Source: Candidatus Cloacimonadales bacterium (GTDB lineage Bacteria > Cloacimonadota > Cloacimonadia > Cloacimonadales > TCS61). From it: a DNA stretch of 61,367 nt. Of this stretch, positions 9,843-19,685 are shown one piece after another (the stretch's first letter is position 1; the number at the start of each line of letters is the position of its first letter). The DNA lies in the NCBI GenBank assembly GCA_030656075.1, contig JAUSOT010000145.1, forward strand, positions 1 through 61,367, in the 5' to 3' direction. Position numbers and translations under genes: made by a program. The notes beneath the pieces were generated by a model that was not told the DNA's origin, searched no databases, and saw only the letters and a list, made by a program, of their open reading frames with translations.

Positions 9843-10802
9843 CTATTCTTCGAAAAATGCGATTATTCTTTGTAATATCTGATCCAGATCAAATTTGGGT
9901 TTGAAATCGATGCATGTTTTAACCTTTGTCAGATCCGGTTTACGATGGCGCATATCTTCAAAACCTTCTTCGTAAGCTTCTTCATAATCGATATATTCAA
10001 TTTTGGAACGGCTGTTCGCCATCTTTTTAATTTTATTGGCAAGTGCTTCGATGGTAATTTCCGTATCATTTCCAACATTAAATATCTGTCCTTCCGCTTT
10101 TTTATGGTTCATGAGTTTGATCATGCCATCGGTTACGTCTTCCACGTCACAAAAGCAACGGGATTGTTTGCCGTCGCCAAAGATCGTGATAGGATGATTG
10201 AGCAGGGCATTGTGAACGAATTTGGGAATCACCATACCATACTGTCCGGTCTGGCGCGGACCGACCGTGTTGAAACACCTGACGATGACCACCGGCAGCT
10301 TTTTTTCGCGATAATAGGCCAGAGCCAGGAATTCATCGATAGCTTTGGCAGAGCTGTAGCTCCAGCGTGAAATATGCGTGGAACCCAAGAGTCTGTCATC
10401 TTCTTCTTTGAACGGTATGTTATCGCTCTTTCCATAAATTTCGGAAGTGGAGGCGATTAAAACTTTTGTCTTGTATTTATTGGCAAATTCCAAGACATTC
10501 TCCGTTCCCACAATATTCGTGCGCAGCGAAAGCAGCGGGTTATCGATGATATATTTCACGCCTACGGCAGCGGCGAGATGATAGATTTGATCGGAAACTT
10601 TAATCATATTTTCCAAAACATCACGATTCAAGATGGAATCGATCTTATAACTGAATTTAGGATTATTGATAAGATGGATAATATTGGAATATTTTCCTGT
10701 GGAAAGATTATCGATCACGCTGATCTCATGACCTTCTTTCAACAATTTTTCTGCCAGATGAGAACCGATAAAACCGGCGCCGCCGGTAATTAATATTTTC
10801 AT
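9843..10802 (-). CDS. NAD-dependent nucleotide-sugar epimerase/dehydratase
   Basis: TGGAGFIG, HLAAAVGV, STSEIYG, YxxxK (YSSAK), FNTVGPRQ. Confidence 0.93.
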   Translation of the reverse strand: MKILITGGAGFIGSHLAEKLLKEGHEISVIDNLSTGKYSNIIHLINNPKFSYKIDSILNRDVLENMIKVSDQIYHLAAAVGVKYIIDNPLLSLRTNIVGTENVLEFANKYKTKVLIASTSEIYGKSDNIPFKEEDDRLLGSTHISRWSYSSAKAIDEFLALAYYREKKLPVVIVRCFNTVGPRQTGQYGMVIPKFVHNALLNHPITIFGDGKQSRCFCDVEDVTDGMIKLMNHKKAEGQIFNVGNDTEITIEALANKIKKMANSRSKIEYIDYEEAYEEGFEDMRHRKPDLTKVKTCIDFKPKFDLDQILQRIIAFFEE

Positions 10803-10815
10803 TAAAACTCCTTTA

Positions 10816-12219
10816 TTAAAGCGTCAAGGTTCGGATAGTCAGGATGATTGTGGCGAATTGAGTTAAGATAGTGAGGATGTCTTTGGTGATCTGGAAGAAC
10901 TCATAGTCAGATTTTTCAGGAACGAAAATAACATCGCCATCCTCGATGATCAATTCGTCTGATGGTTTCAGCCAAACTCCGGAATCTGATCTTATGATGC
11001 GGATTTTATTTTTCCGGGCAGTTTTAACAAAACCACCGGCTTTCTCGATATAATATTTATAATTTTGACCCGCCTCTATCGCAAGATAACCCGGATTTTC
11101 TACCTGGCCGGAAACAAAAACGGTATTTGATTTTTGGGGAATATAAATGAAATCCTGATTCTTGAGAATAATATTGTATTTTTTATCTTTGGTTTCCCAT
11201 AGTTTTTCCATATCGATGGAAAATTTAGCCCGGAGTTCTCGAGATTTTTGCTTGAAATAAGAGAATTCCGTGTAAGTCATATTTTGTGTTGATATCAATT
11301 TTAATCTTTCAAATTCCGGGTCAAAATCGATATCAAGATCAACTCTTTGCACGAAAGCCTTGTCAAGATTGGCATTCTCCGCATTCAAACCGCATTGTTC
11401 CAAAATCTGAAGCAGTGTCGTTTTGCCTTCCACAATGGGGTATAAACCAGGAAAATCAACTTCTCCGGCCACGTTTACAAATTTATTTTCATGGAATTCA
11501 GGAATCGATCGAACATAGATCCGGTCACCGCTTTGCAGCAAGATATTATCCTGGCTTTCAAGATTGGAAAGAACATTTTCCAGATTAATAATTATTTTTT
11601 CAGTTGTATTGCTGTTTGCAAATCGCACCAATTCGACTTCCGGCAAATAGGCGTTTTCCTGGCAACCCAAAGCCAGTTCAATAATGTCGGAAATCCTGTC
11701 GTTGACCACGAGCTCGTAAATTCCTGCTTTATTCACAGCGCCGATCAGGTTTATTTCGCTTTTTTGGGAAGGCACAAAGATCACATCGCCATCCATGATG
11801 TATGGATTGTATTTATCCATTCCAAGTACAAAAAACTTCTGCAGATCGACCTGGATTTCCAGATTTTTTCGTTTTAAAATGATATTTCTTTTTGATCCAT
11901 TGAGATTGGTTATTGCCAGCGGATCGTAAATGAAATCCTTATATTTCCGGGTAAACAGATCAGTATCTTCTTCGAGTATTTTATCTGCTTTTTTCAATTC
12001 CAGTTGTGCCGTAAAATATTTGGTTTCAGAAAGTTTCAGCACTTCCGAGACCCTGGTAGAAGCCGGCACCAGGAATACACCGGGATTATCTACTGCCCCA
12101 GCCAGTGATACACTATAGAGCATAATATCGGTGCTGAAATCAGATATTTGTGCCGTAAGGTTCCAGGAGATTAATCCCAAACTTGCGATTATAATTATTC
12201 TAATATATTTTCTAAACAC
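10816..12219 (-). CDS. SLBB-repeat polysaccharide export protein (Wza-like)
   Basis: Signal peptide; repeated GxVxxPG...GDxIxVP SLBB units; C-terminal amphipathic helix. Confidence 0.85.
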   Translation of the reverse strand: MFRKYIRIIIIASLGLISWNLTAQISDFSTDIMLYSVSLAGAVDNPGVFLVPASTRVSEVLKLSETKYFTAQLELKKADKILEEDTDLFTRKYKDFIYDPLAITNLNGSKRNIILKRKNLEIQVDLQKFFVLGMDKYNPYIMDGDVIFVPSQKSEINLIGAVNKAGIYELVVNDRISDIIELALGCQENAYLPEVELVRFANSNTTEKIIINLENVLSNLESQDNILLQSGDRIYVRSIPEFHENKFVNVAGEVDFPGLYPIVEGKTTLLQILEQCGLNAENANLDKAFVQRVDLDIDFDPEFERLKLISTQNMTYTEFSYFKQKSRELRAKFSIDMEKLWETKDKKYNIILKNQDFIYIPQKSNTVFVSGQVENPGYLAIEAGQNYKYYIEKAGGFVKTARKNKIRIIRSDSGVWLKPSDELIIEDGDVIFVPEKSDYEFFQITKDILTILTQFATIILTIRTLTL

Positions 12220-12300
12220 ATAGCCTCCTCAAAAATTCAGGAAAAAATCTTTAATCTGCCTTTTTTGTCAATTTATAATTGGCACTCGTTCCAACGCTGC

Positions 12301-15300
12301 TTAATGGATTTCCTGCCAATAAGTTATCATTTCCAGTGCCTTACCCGGCAAAAACTCTTTGTCATTATTTTGTCCTGTTTCGGTTTGGAAAATAACTTTG
12401 AAATTCTTGGTTGCATCGATTTTTAACGGATAATTGAATTTTTCTACCAACAGCGTCAATTTCTGGCGGGAAGGTATTTTCTTGGCCGGGAATTCAAAGA
12501 TGATATTGCCATTTTTCATCTTCAATGACTCCAGTCCGGTTTGTTTGGTCAGCAGTCTTAACCGATAATATCTAAACGCATTCATCGCTGGCAACGGAAT
12601 GTTGCCAAATCTATCGATCAATTCTTTTTGCAATTCTTCAAATTGGGTAATTTCTTCAAACCCGATCATTTTGCGATAGATTTCCAATCTTTCTTTTTCG
12701 CTTTCGATGTAGCTTTCGGGAAAATAATGATCACTTTCGATGCGCAGTCTTTCGATGTTCTGCGGCTCTTCTTCCAGCCATTCATTTCTTGGTTTTTCGG
12801 CTTGGATGCCATCAATGGCTTTTTCTAAAAGCCGGTTGTAATAATTGAATCCGATGGAATTTATGATGCCGCTTTGCTTGGTTCCCAGCAGCGTTCCTGC
12901 TCCGCGCAGTTCCATATCGCGCATCGCTATCTGATAGCCGCTCCCCAGCGATTCATATCCGATGAGAGTTTCCAACCGTTTCCGCGCATCGTCGTGCATT
13001 TTGGGCGGAATTATCAGATAAGCATAAGCCCGGCGATTGCTTCTTCCCACTCTGCCGCGAATCTGATAAAGTTGAGCCAGACCGAACATATCGGCTCGAT
13101 TGACGATGATCGTGTTGGCATTGGGAATATCGATGCCGGATTCGATGATGGTGGTGGCGATCAGCACATCGAATTTATGATGAGCAAAATCCAGAGTTAC
13201 GGCTTCCAAATGCTTTTCAGGAAGTTGGCCGTGCCCGATTTCAAAAGAAACATGCGGCAGTAATTTTTTTAATTCCGTATAAATGCTTTCGATCGTTTGC
13301 ACCCTATTGTGTACGAAGAAAACCTGGCCGCCACGCTCCACTTCGCGGCTGATCGCATCTTTGATAACATCTTTATCCCAGGGTACGATCACGGTGCGGA
13401 TCGGCAATCGAGCTTTGGGAGATGTGCGGATGAGGGAAAGTTCCTTCAGTTTGGAAAGCGCCATATACATGGTGCGCGGAATCGGAGTGGCACTCATATA
13501 CAGCGTATCCACGTTCGATTTCATTTGCCGCAGTTTATCTTTGTGACGCACGCCAAACCGGTGTTCTTCATCGATGATGAGCAATCCCAGTTTTTTATAT
13601 TTAATATCTTTGGAAAGCAGGCGGTGCGTTCCAATGGCAATATCGACATCTCCGCTGGAAAGTTTAACAACGTCTTTCTTAAGATTCGTAGCGGAACGAA
13701 ACCGGCTGAACATGGCAATGCGCACCGGGTATTGAGCCAATCTTTCTTTGAAAACCAGGTAATGCTGTTCGGCCAGGAGCGTGGTGGGAACCAGCACTGC
13801 CACCTGCCAGCCGCTCATCACGGCTTTGAAAGCAGCACGAATGGCAACTTCTGTTTTGCCGAACCCCACATCACCGCAAAGCAGTCTTTCCATGGGCGCA
13901 TCATTTTCCATGTCTTTTTTGATCTCATTAGTTGCAGTGGTTTGATCCGGTGTGTCTTCGTAGATGAACGAATCTTCCATTTCAATCTGCCAATTGTTAT
14001 CTCGATCGAAAGCTATTCCGCGCCGCATGCGGCGTTCTGCATAGAGCTTGATCAAATCTTCGGCAACCAGCTCGATCTGTTTCTTGGCGCGGCTTTTGGT
14101 GTTTTCCCATTTTTTGCTGCCCAATTTGTGAATGGTTGGGGCGATGCCTTCTTCCGAAACGAATTTGGAAACCAGCGAAAGCTGAAAAGTGGGAACGTAA
14201 ACCACGTCGTTTTCGGCGTATCTCAAAGTCAGACATTCGATCGTATTCCCATCCACCTGCAATTTATTCAATCCGGCATAAATACCCACTCCGTGATCGA
14301 TGTGGACTACGTAATCACCCGGTTTGAGCGATTCATAATCGACCAGGGCTTCTTCCTTGGAAAACTGCGCCTGCCGTCTTTTGCGTTTGTAGCGACTGAA
14401 AATTTCATGGTCGGTGTAGATCGCCAGCCTGGCGTCGATCAGGTTGAATCCATTCTGCAGCACCCCGATGGTGAAATCCATCTGGTTTTCAAATTGCGGC
14501 AACAGATCCAGCATTCTCTTGCTCTGGCTTTTGTTGTCTGACTGCAAAAAAATGCGATAACCATCCCGCACTTTGGCAGCAATTTCCTGTTCCAGAATTT
14601 CCAGAGAACCATGCATATTGGTTTGCGCAGAAACCGGAGCTTCCAGCTTTTGAGTGATTTGTTTAAAATCTTGGAATGAACCGGAAAGGAAAAAATTAGT
14701 ATATTTTCGAAAAACCTGGATTACAAATTTTTCCGATTCAAAAATATCTTCCGGCTTGGGAACGAGCCGCTTTTTGAATTTGGAATGAACTTTTTGATAT
14801 AGCTCGGTCGTTTCTTCCAAAATTTCAGTAAAAGAAGATTGGAAAAACTGGAATTCATCCCAGAAAACCAGGCAATTTCCCGCATCGAAATATTGCAGGA
14901 AAGATTCAATTTTAGGCAGCAGCAGAGAAGCATCCAATTCGATGCCTTCATAAAATCCGTCTTTATGGATGCGCTGCCACAACTCTTCGGAAGTGTCGAT
15001 GTCGTGTAGTGAAAATTCGCGGGAAGGAATTAAAATGATCGTTTCCAATTCTTCACCCGTTGATCTTTGTGAACTGACGGAAAATACCCGGATCGATTCC
15101 AGTTCGTCGCCGAAAAATTCCAGACGGACAGGTTTGTGAGAGTTGGGACTGAACACATCGATAATGCCGCCTCGGCGCGCCAGTTCTCCCACTTTGCTCA
15201 CCTGGAACTGATTTTCATAACCCATTCCCACCAGGTCGGAAACCAGCACATCAGGATTTATATCTTCGCCTTTTTTAAGGGTGATAATATTCTTTCCGAA

Positions 15301-15714
15301 AATCTCGGAAGCAGCTATTTTGCGCAAAAAAGAACGGATGGAAACTGTGAAAACAGCTGAATGAACTGAAACTGCAGCGGTCAAAGTTTCGATGCGTTGA
15401 GCCCGAATAAGATAATGCGGTGAACGCTGCTCGTAGGGCAGCACTTCGTAATCCGGCAGAAAATAAGCCGAGTCGCGTCCGATCAGCAGATCAAGGTCTT
15501 CCAGGTAATCTTCGGCAACTTTATCGTCGGCAGTGATGAACACAATGTTCTTACCGGTTTGTTCATAAGCGTGTGCCAGCAATAATGATTTAGCAGAACG
15601 GTTCAGGTTATGCACCAAAGTACCGGAAGTTTGAGTCTGTACGGCAGCCTCAAATTCCCGAATGAAATTTGATCTCTCAATGATCGAACTTATCTTATTG
15701 TAGAATAAACTCAT
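12301..15714 (-). CDS. mfd: Transcription-repair coupling factor
   Basis: RGGIIDVF, VVHIDHGVG, CGDVGFGKTE, DEEH, SATPIPRT, QIRGRVGR; 1137 aa. Confidence 0.97.
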   Translation of the reverse strand: MSLFYNKISSIIERSNFIREFEAAVQTQTSGTLVHNLNRSAKSLLLAHAYEQTGKNIVFITADDKVAEDYLEDLDLLIGRDSAYFLPDYEVLPYEQRSPHYLIRAQRIETLTAAVSVHSAVFTVSIRSFLRKIAASEIFGKNIITLKKGEDINPDVLVSDLVGMGYENQFQVSKVGELARRGGIIDVFSPNSHKPVRLEFFGDELESIRVFSVSSQRSTGEELETIILIPSREFSLHDIDTSEELWQRIHKDGFYEGIELDASLLLPKIESFLQYFDAGNCLVFWDEFQFFQSSFTEILEETTELYQKVHSKFKKRLVPKPEDIFESEKFVIQVFRKYTNFFLSGSFQDFKQITQKLEAPVSAQTNMHGSLEILEQEIAAKVRDGYRIFLQSDNKSQSKRMLDLLPQFENQMDFTIGVLQNGFNLIDARLAIYTDHEIFSRYKRKRRQAQFSKEEALVDYESLKPGDYVVHIDHGVGIYAGLNKLQVDGNTIECLTLRYAENDVVYVPTFQLSLVSKFVSEEGIAPTIHKLGSKKWENTKSRAKKQIELVAEDLIKLYAERRMRRGIAFDRDNNWQIEMEDSFIYEDTPDQTTATNEIKKDMENDAPMERLLCGDVGFGKTEVAIRAAFKAVMSGWQVAVLVPTTLLAEQHYLVFKERLAQYPVRIAMFSRFRSATNLKKDVVKLSSGDVDIAIGTHRLLSKDIKYKKLGLLIIDEEHRFGVRHKDKLRQMKSNVDTLYMSATPIPRTMYMALSKLKELSLIRTSPKARLPIRTVIVPWDKDVIKDAISREVERGGQVFFVHNRVQTIESIYTELKKLLPHVSFEIGHGQLPEKHLEAVTLDFAHHKFDVLIATTIIESGIDIPNANTIIVNRADMFGLAQLYQIRGRVGRSNRRAYAYLIIPPKMHDDARKRLETLIGYESLGSGYQIAMRDMELRGAGTLLGTKQSGIINSIGFNYYNRLLEKAIDGIQAEKPRNEWLEEEPQNIERLRIESDHYFPESYIESEKERLEIYRKMIGFEEITQFEELQKELIDRFGNIPLPAMNAFRYYRLRLLTKQTGLESLKMKNGNIIFEFPAKKIPSRQKLTLLVEKFNYPLKIDATKNFKVIFQTETGQNNDKEFLPGKALEMITYWQEIH

Positions 15715-15762
15715 AGAAGGCGAATTTTATTTTGCGTCTTTCAGAGTCAAGAAGATTGAATT

Positions 15763-15785
15763 GTAGAACGGTCACCTTGACCGTT
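15763..15785 (+). repeat. GTAG-type REP hairpin
   Basis: GTAG followed by the perfect stem AACGGTCA-cct-TGACCGTT. Confidence 0.6.
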
Positions 15786-16336
15786 ATTTAAAAAATTAGC
15801 CACCGAAAAACACCGAAAAGAGCAGCCACGAAGAACGTGAAGAAACGCTAAGAAAAAAAAACTAATTCTTACTATTTACCACCTTCACACTGAGCTTGCC
15901 GAGGTAAGGTACAAAAGGGCACAAAAACTTAGCAGGACTCAACTTTCTAATTCGGATTTCTTTCAGATTTCATCACCGAAGAAGAGAGTTGAGAACGAAA
16001 GGAGAAATTCTGAAGTCCCTGCAAAAGAAAAGAAGCAAGAGAAGGTGATCGTTTCGAATTCGAAGCCGACACTTGCGATGAACTCCAGTCTTTCTCGAAT
16101 CAATTATTCATTTATTCAACCCTGAAAGAGCTAATGTTTACTTTACCTCATTTTCTTTCATAATATTCTTTTATGAAATGTGGGAAAGTTCAAATTGCAG
16201 GAAACTTATCCAAACCTCCCCACTGAATCTGTGAAAGAAGGTTTCGGAAAGCAGCAAGAAGGTTGATTTCAGATTTACGAGTGGAGATTTTTGAATTGTA
16301 ACGAAGAAGCGTAATTGCTATTATATTAAACAGTTA

Positions 16337-16350
16337 CCCCCCCCCCCCCC
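16337..16350. repeat. Poly-C homopolymer (C14)
   Basis: 14 consecutive C in AT-rich intergenic DNA. Confidence 0.9.
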
Positions 16351-16815
16351 TATAAATAAAATAATAAAAAATTTGACATTAATTGCTTCGTAATTCCTTT
16401 TTGTTCCATAGATTTCGTTGGAAATTCTGAATGAGACTTGAGAAAAGAATTGGCGAGTATGAAAAAAAGTGAATAAAATTGAAAAAAATTGAGTGGTGGC
16501 GTCACACTTTAATGATTTTTGGGATATATAGAAGATGTTATAAAAAAGGAAGAGAGTGTATCGAAATAAATAGGTGGTCACCCGTATTTCATCTCTCTAC
16601 AACACTCTTCCCGAGAAACACGAAGAATTTTCAGCATGTTGATGTCAAACGATTTGTGCATTCTCTTCCTTCATTAGCTATGAAGGAGGGCGGAAATGTT
16701 GTTCATTATCTGTAAGAATAAGTTTGAGTAGATTTCATTTTAAGTTGTGAAAGATGAGATTATGTAGTTTAGTCGTAATTTGAAAATGAAAACAAACCAA
16801 ACTTAGGAGGAAGAA

Positions 16816-19332
16816 ATGAAAAAGATTATAGTTATCCTGATGCTTTGTACAATCAGCTTATTAAGTGCTGTAAATCGTGAATCAGAATTTTGTAATATTG
16901 CTACAGGGCAGTTGGAAAAAGCAAGCGATTCAAATGGATCTTCACAAACAATGGGAGAACCGACTTACCCTCAAAGAGATGTCACAATTGAATTTTCTAG
17001 TTTTGATGATAAAGCTATTTTAAAGGAAACTGAAGTATCACCATTTTCAACCAATGCAATATCAGCCTGGCATTTAAATAATAAGCATATTGAATTTGAT
17101 GCTTTTGTTGAAAATCCTAGTTTTCCATGGATTAGTGCATATTGTGGAACTTACTTACCTTACGCTATTGATTATCATGTTAATATAACAGATGATGGAA
17201 CTATTATACCATCTGGTTGCGATGATACAATGAAACTCTTTGATAATGAATCCAACATGTCTAACTGGACATATACTCCTACACCTAAGGTTTTAAAGGT
17301 TGACTGTACAAATGATCGGAATTACTTCTTTGTAGCAGTTGAAATATCAGCATATGAGATAGAAATCAGGTGTTATGATATCCAAGCAAATTCATTGTTA
17401 TGGAGCGTTGATTATGCAACCCAAGCATTCAAAGTCAAAGACTTAAAATATAATGAAGAAAAAAACTTTGTATTGGTTACAATGGTTGATGAAGTGGCTG
17501 TGTTGAATGCTGATGATGGTAATGAGGAGTTTTTCTGTAGTACCAGTTTCACAAATACCGAAGCAGATATTTCTTTCGATGGCAATTTAATTGTTTTTGC
17601 CGAATCAAATCCCAATAGACTTAGAGTTTTTGAGTATAGTCAAATACTAGAAACATTTACTCTTAGATGGCAATATACAATTCCTTTTGTATCTCCGAAT
17701 CAATATGTATCGTGGGGATTTTCAGCTTCAATTTCTGGTGATGGATCTACTATCGTGTTAGGAACACTTCAGGTTTATAATGATAACTCAAAAGGTGGTG
17801 GAGTAATATGTTTTGATTCTTCATCACCTACACCCTTATGGAGCAAGGTTGATATTGGGCATCTTGTATATAGTTTAGATATGTCTTGGGATGGAAATAT
17901 AATTGCTGCTGGAAGCTGGGGACCTATCAATGGAAATGGACCTGATTTTTTTATGTTTGGTAGAACGTCCAATAATGTACTATTCGATTTTACTACAAAC
18001 GGATCAGTATTTCCTGTAAGCATATCTGAAGATGGTACATATTGTACGTTTGGAGGAAAAGCTGTACATGCTAACATACTTGGCAATGGGGGATTTTTAT
18101 ATGGTATAAAGTCTGATTTTGAAACCAAAACCTACACTTTCCCCAGCCAATGGACAATTCCGGATTGTGGCTGGAAATGGCTCTCCTTCGATATCCTCTA
18201 TCCCGAAGAAGATGATAATATAGCTGAATTTTTCCTCGCACCAATTTCTGAACCAACAAAATTAGATAGAGCATGGTTTAAACCTCATTCAAACAACTCA
18301 AATCCAGCTTATATATCATTCGATGAACAACTGAATTTAGATCATCTTTTTACCAGTCCCTATGGGTACAAATTCCACACATTTACTGAATGTCAATTCA
18401 CGGTAACCGGCCAGCGCTGCCCGGCAGAAACAACATTCCCTCTTTTTGGCAACAACCAGGAAAACTGGATCGGTTACTTCCTGGAAGAAACCCAACATAT
18501 TTATGATGCGTTTGCTGATCAATTAGCTAATATAACAGGTCTTAGAACACAACATTGGGCTATTAAAAAACCGCCTAATGGAATCTGGCCGGATGTACCT
18601 TATACAATCAGTCCGGGAGATATGGTGATTGCTTATTGTGATGACGATGTTCCTTTATTCACGTGGAATTATACTGAATCTCGAGAAAAGTATACTGTAC
18701 TGGAATCTCAAGATTTCAATTATGAAGAAGAATCTGACTATATTCCTGTTTTCATAGAGTTAGACCCGAATGATCTACCTTCGGAAATTGGTGCCTATGT
18801 GGATGGAGAATGCAAAGGAGCCACAGTTGTGCAGGACACAACCGCCCAGATCTGTGCCTATGTTTTGGAAAACCAGGGAGAGGATCTGGAATTTGAATTC
18901 TCTTATGGAAGTAGAGAACAAAACAAGCGGATCAAGGAATACGGAATAAACGAACCGGAAACATCTAAAACAGTGAAAGGTACCATTCAGATCGATAACA
19001 GCCGAGATTGCTATTATGTTTCATTTAAGGATGGGCAAAATAATACTCCTGTAACTGCCAAAATTGAGATCACGAATTTCCCCAATCCCTTCAATCCTGA
19101 AACTATGTTGTTCTTTTCTTTGCCCAATGAACAGGAAATCGAACTAACCGTTTACAACTTGAAAGGACAGAAAGTAAAACAACTCGCAAGCGGTCAATTC
19201 CCGGATGGAGAACATTCGATTGTTTGGAATGGAAAAGATGATAACGGAAAATCGGTCGGTTCCGGTTTGTATCTCTACAAGCTGAAGACCGGTGATAAAG
19301 TAATTTCGAAGAAAATGTTACTTTTGAAGTAA
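16816..19332 (+). CDS. Secreted beta-propeller-like protein with C-terminal FlgD-Ig/T9SS-like domain
   Basis: AGGAGG RBS, signal peptide, repeated ISxDG/SWDG blades, C-terminal NFPNPFNPET...YNLKGQKV...WNGKD...KKMLLLK. Confidence 0.85.
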   Translation: MKKIIVILMLCTISLLSAVNRESEFCNIATGQLEKASDSNGSSQTMGEPTYPQRDVTIEFSSFDDKAILKETEVSPFSTNAISAWHLNNKHIEFDAFVENPSFPWISAYCGTYLPYAIDYHVNITDDGTIIPSGCDDTMKLFDNESNMSNWTYTPTPKVLKVDCTNDRNYFFVAVEISAYEIEIRCYDIQANSLLWSVDYATQAFKVKDLKYNEEKNFVLVTMVDEVAVLNADDGNEEFFCSTSFTNTEADISFDGNLIVFAESNPNRLRVFEYSQILETFTLRWQYTIPFVSPNQYVSWGFSASISGDGSTIVLGTLQVYNDNSKGGGVICFDSSSPTPLWSKVDIGHLVYSLDMSWDGNIIAAGSWGPINGNGPDFFMFGRTSNNVLFDFTTNGSVFPVSISEDGTYCTFGGKAVHANILGNGGFLYGIKSDFETKTYTFPSQWTIPDCGWKWLSFDILYPEEDDNIAEFFLAPISEPTKLDRAWFKPHSNNSNPAYISFDEQLNLDHLFTSPYGYKFHTFTECQFTVTGQRCPAETTFPLFGNNQENWIGYFLEETQHIYDAFADQLANITGLRTQHWAIKKPPNGIWPDVPYTISPGDMVIAYCDDDVPLFTWNYTESREKYTVLESQDFNYEEESDYIPVFIELDPNDLPSEIGAYVDGECKGATVVQDTTAQICAYVLENQGEDLEFEFSYGSREQNKRIKEYGINEPETSKTVKGTIQIDNSRDCYYVSFKDGQNNTPVTAKIEITNFPNPFNPETMLFFSLPNEQEIELTVYNLKGQKVKQLASGQFPDGEHSIVWNGKDDNGKSVGSGLYLYKLKTGDKVISKKMLLLK

Positions 19333-19685
19333 AAGAAATACCCCCTCATTTCTCCCCCTAATTAGGGGGAGTCAGTGGGGGTTGATTCAATTGATCTTTA
19401 AATAAAATAGTGTGTCTTTCTGAGGTCACTGATAGCTTCACTTCCGAAGAATCTCTTGAGAATCTTATTAGCTTTACATCTTATCTTGCATTGAGATTAT
19501 TCCTGCCAGCACCGTCGAAGCTTGGCGAAGACATGAGAACGACGTGCAAGATTCGTCAGAAAGACAATGCAAAAAAAGAAAACATGAAACATGTGTATGT
19601 CCGGCAACTGCCGGACTTCCGATTGTTTTATTCTGATTAACATTCCGAAGTGCTCAGGCACATTCGGAAGTTAAATGAGGAAATC

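Noticed and set aside
13297-14541. 414-aa plus-strand ORF and the many other antisense ORFs in the track
   Set aside because: They are shadows of well-supported opposite-strand genes (mfd here) and show no recognisable motifs.
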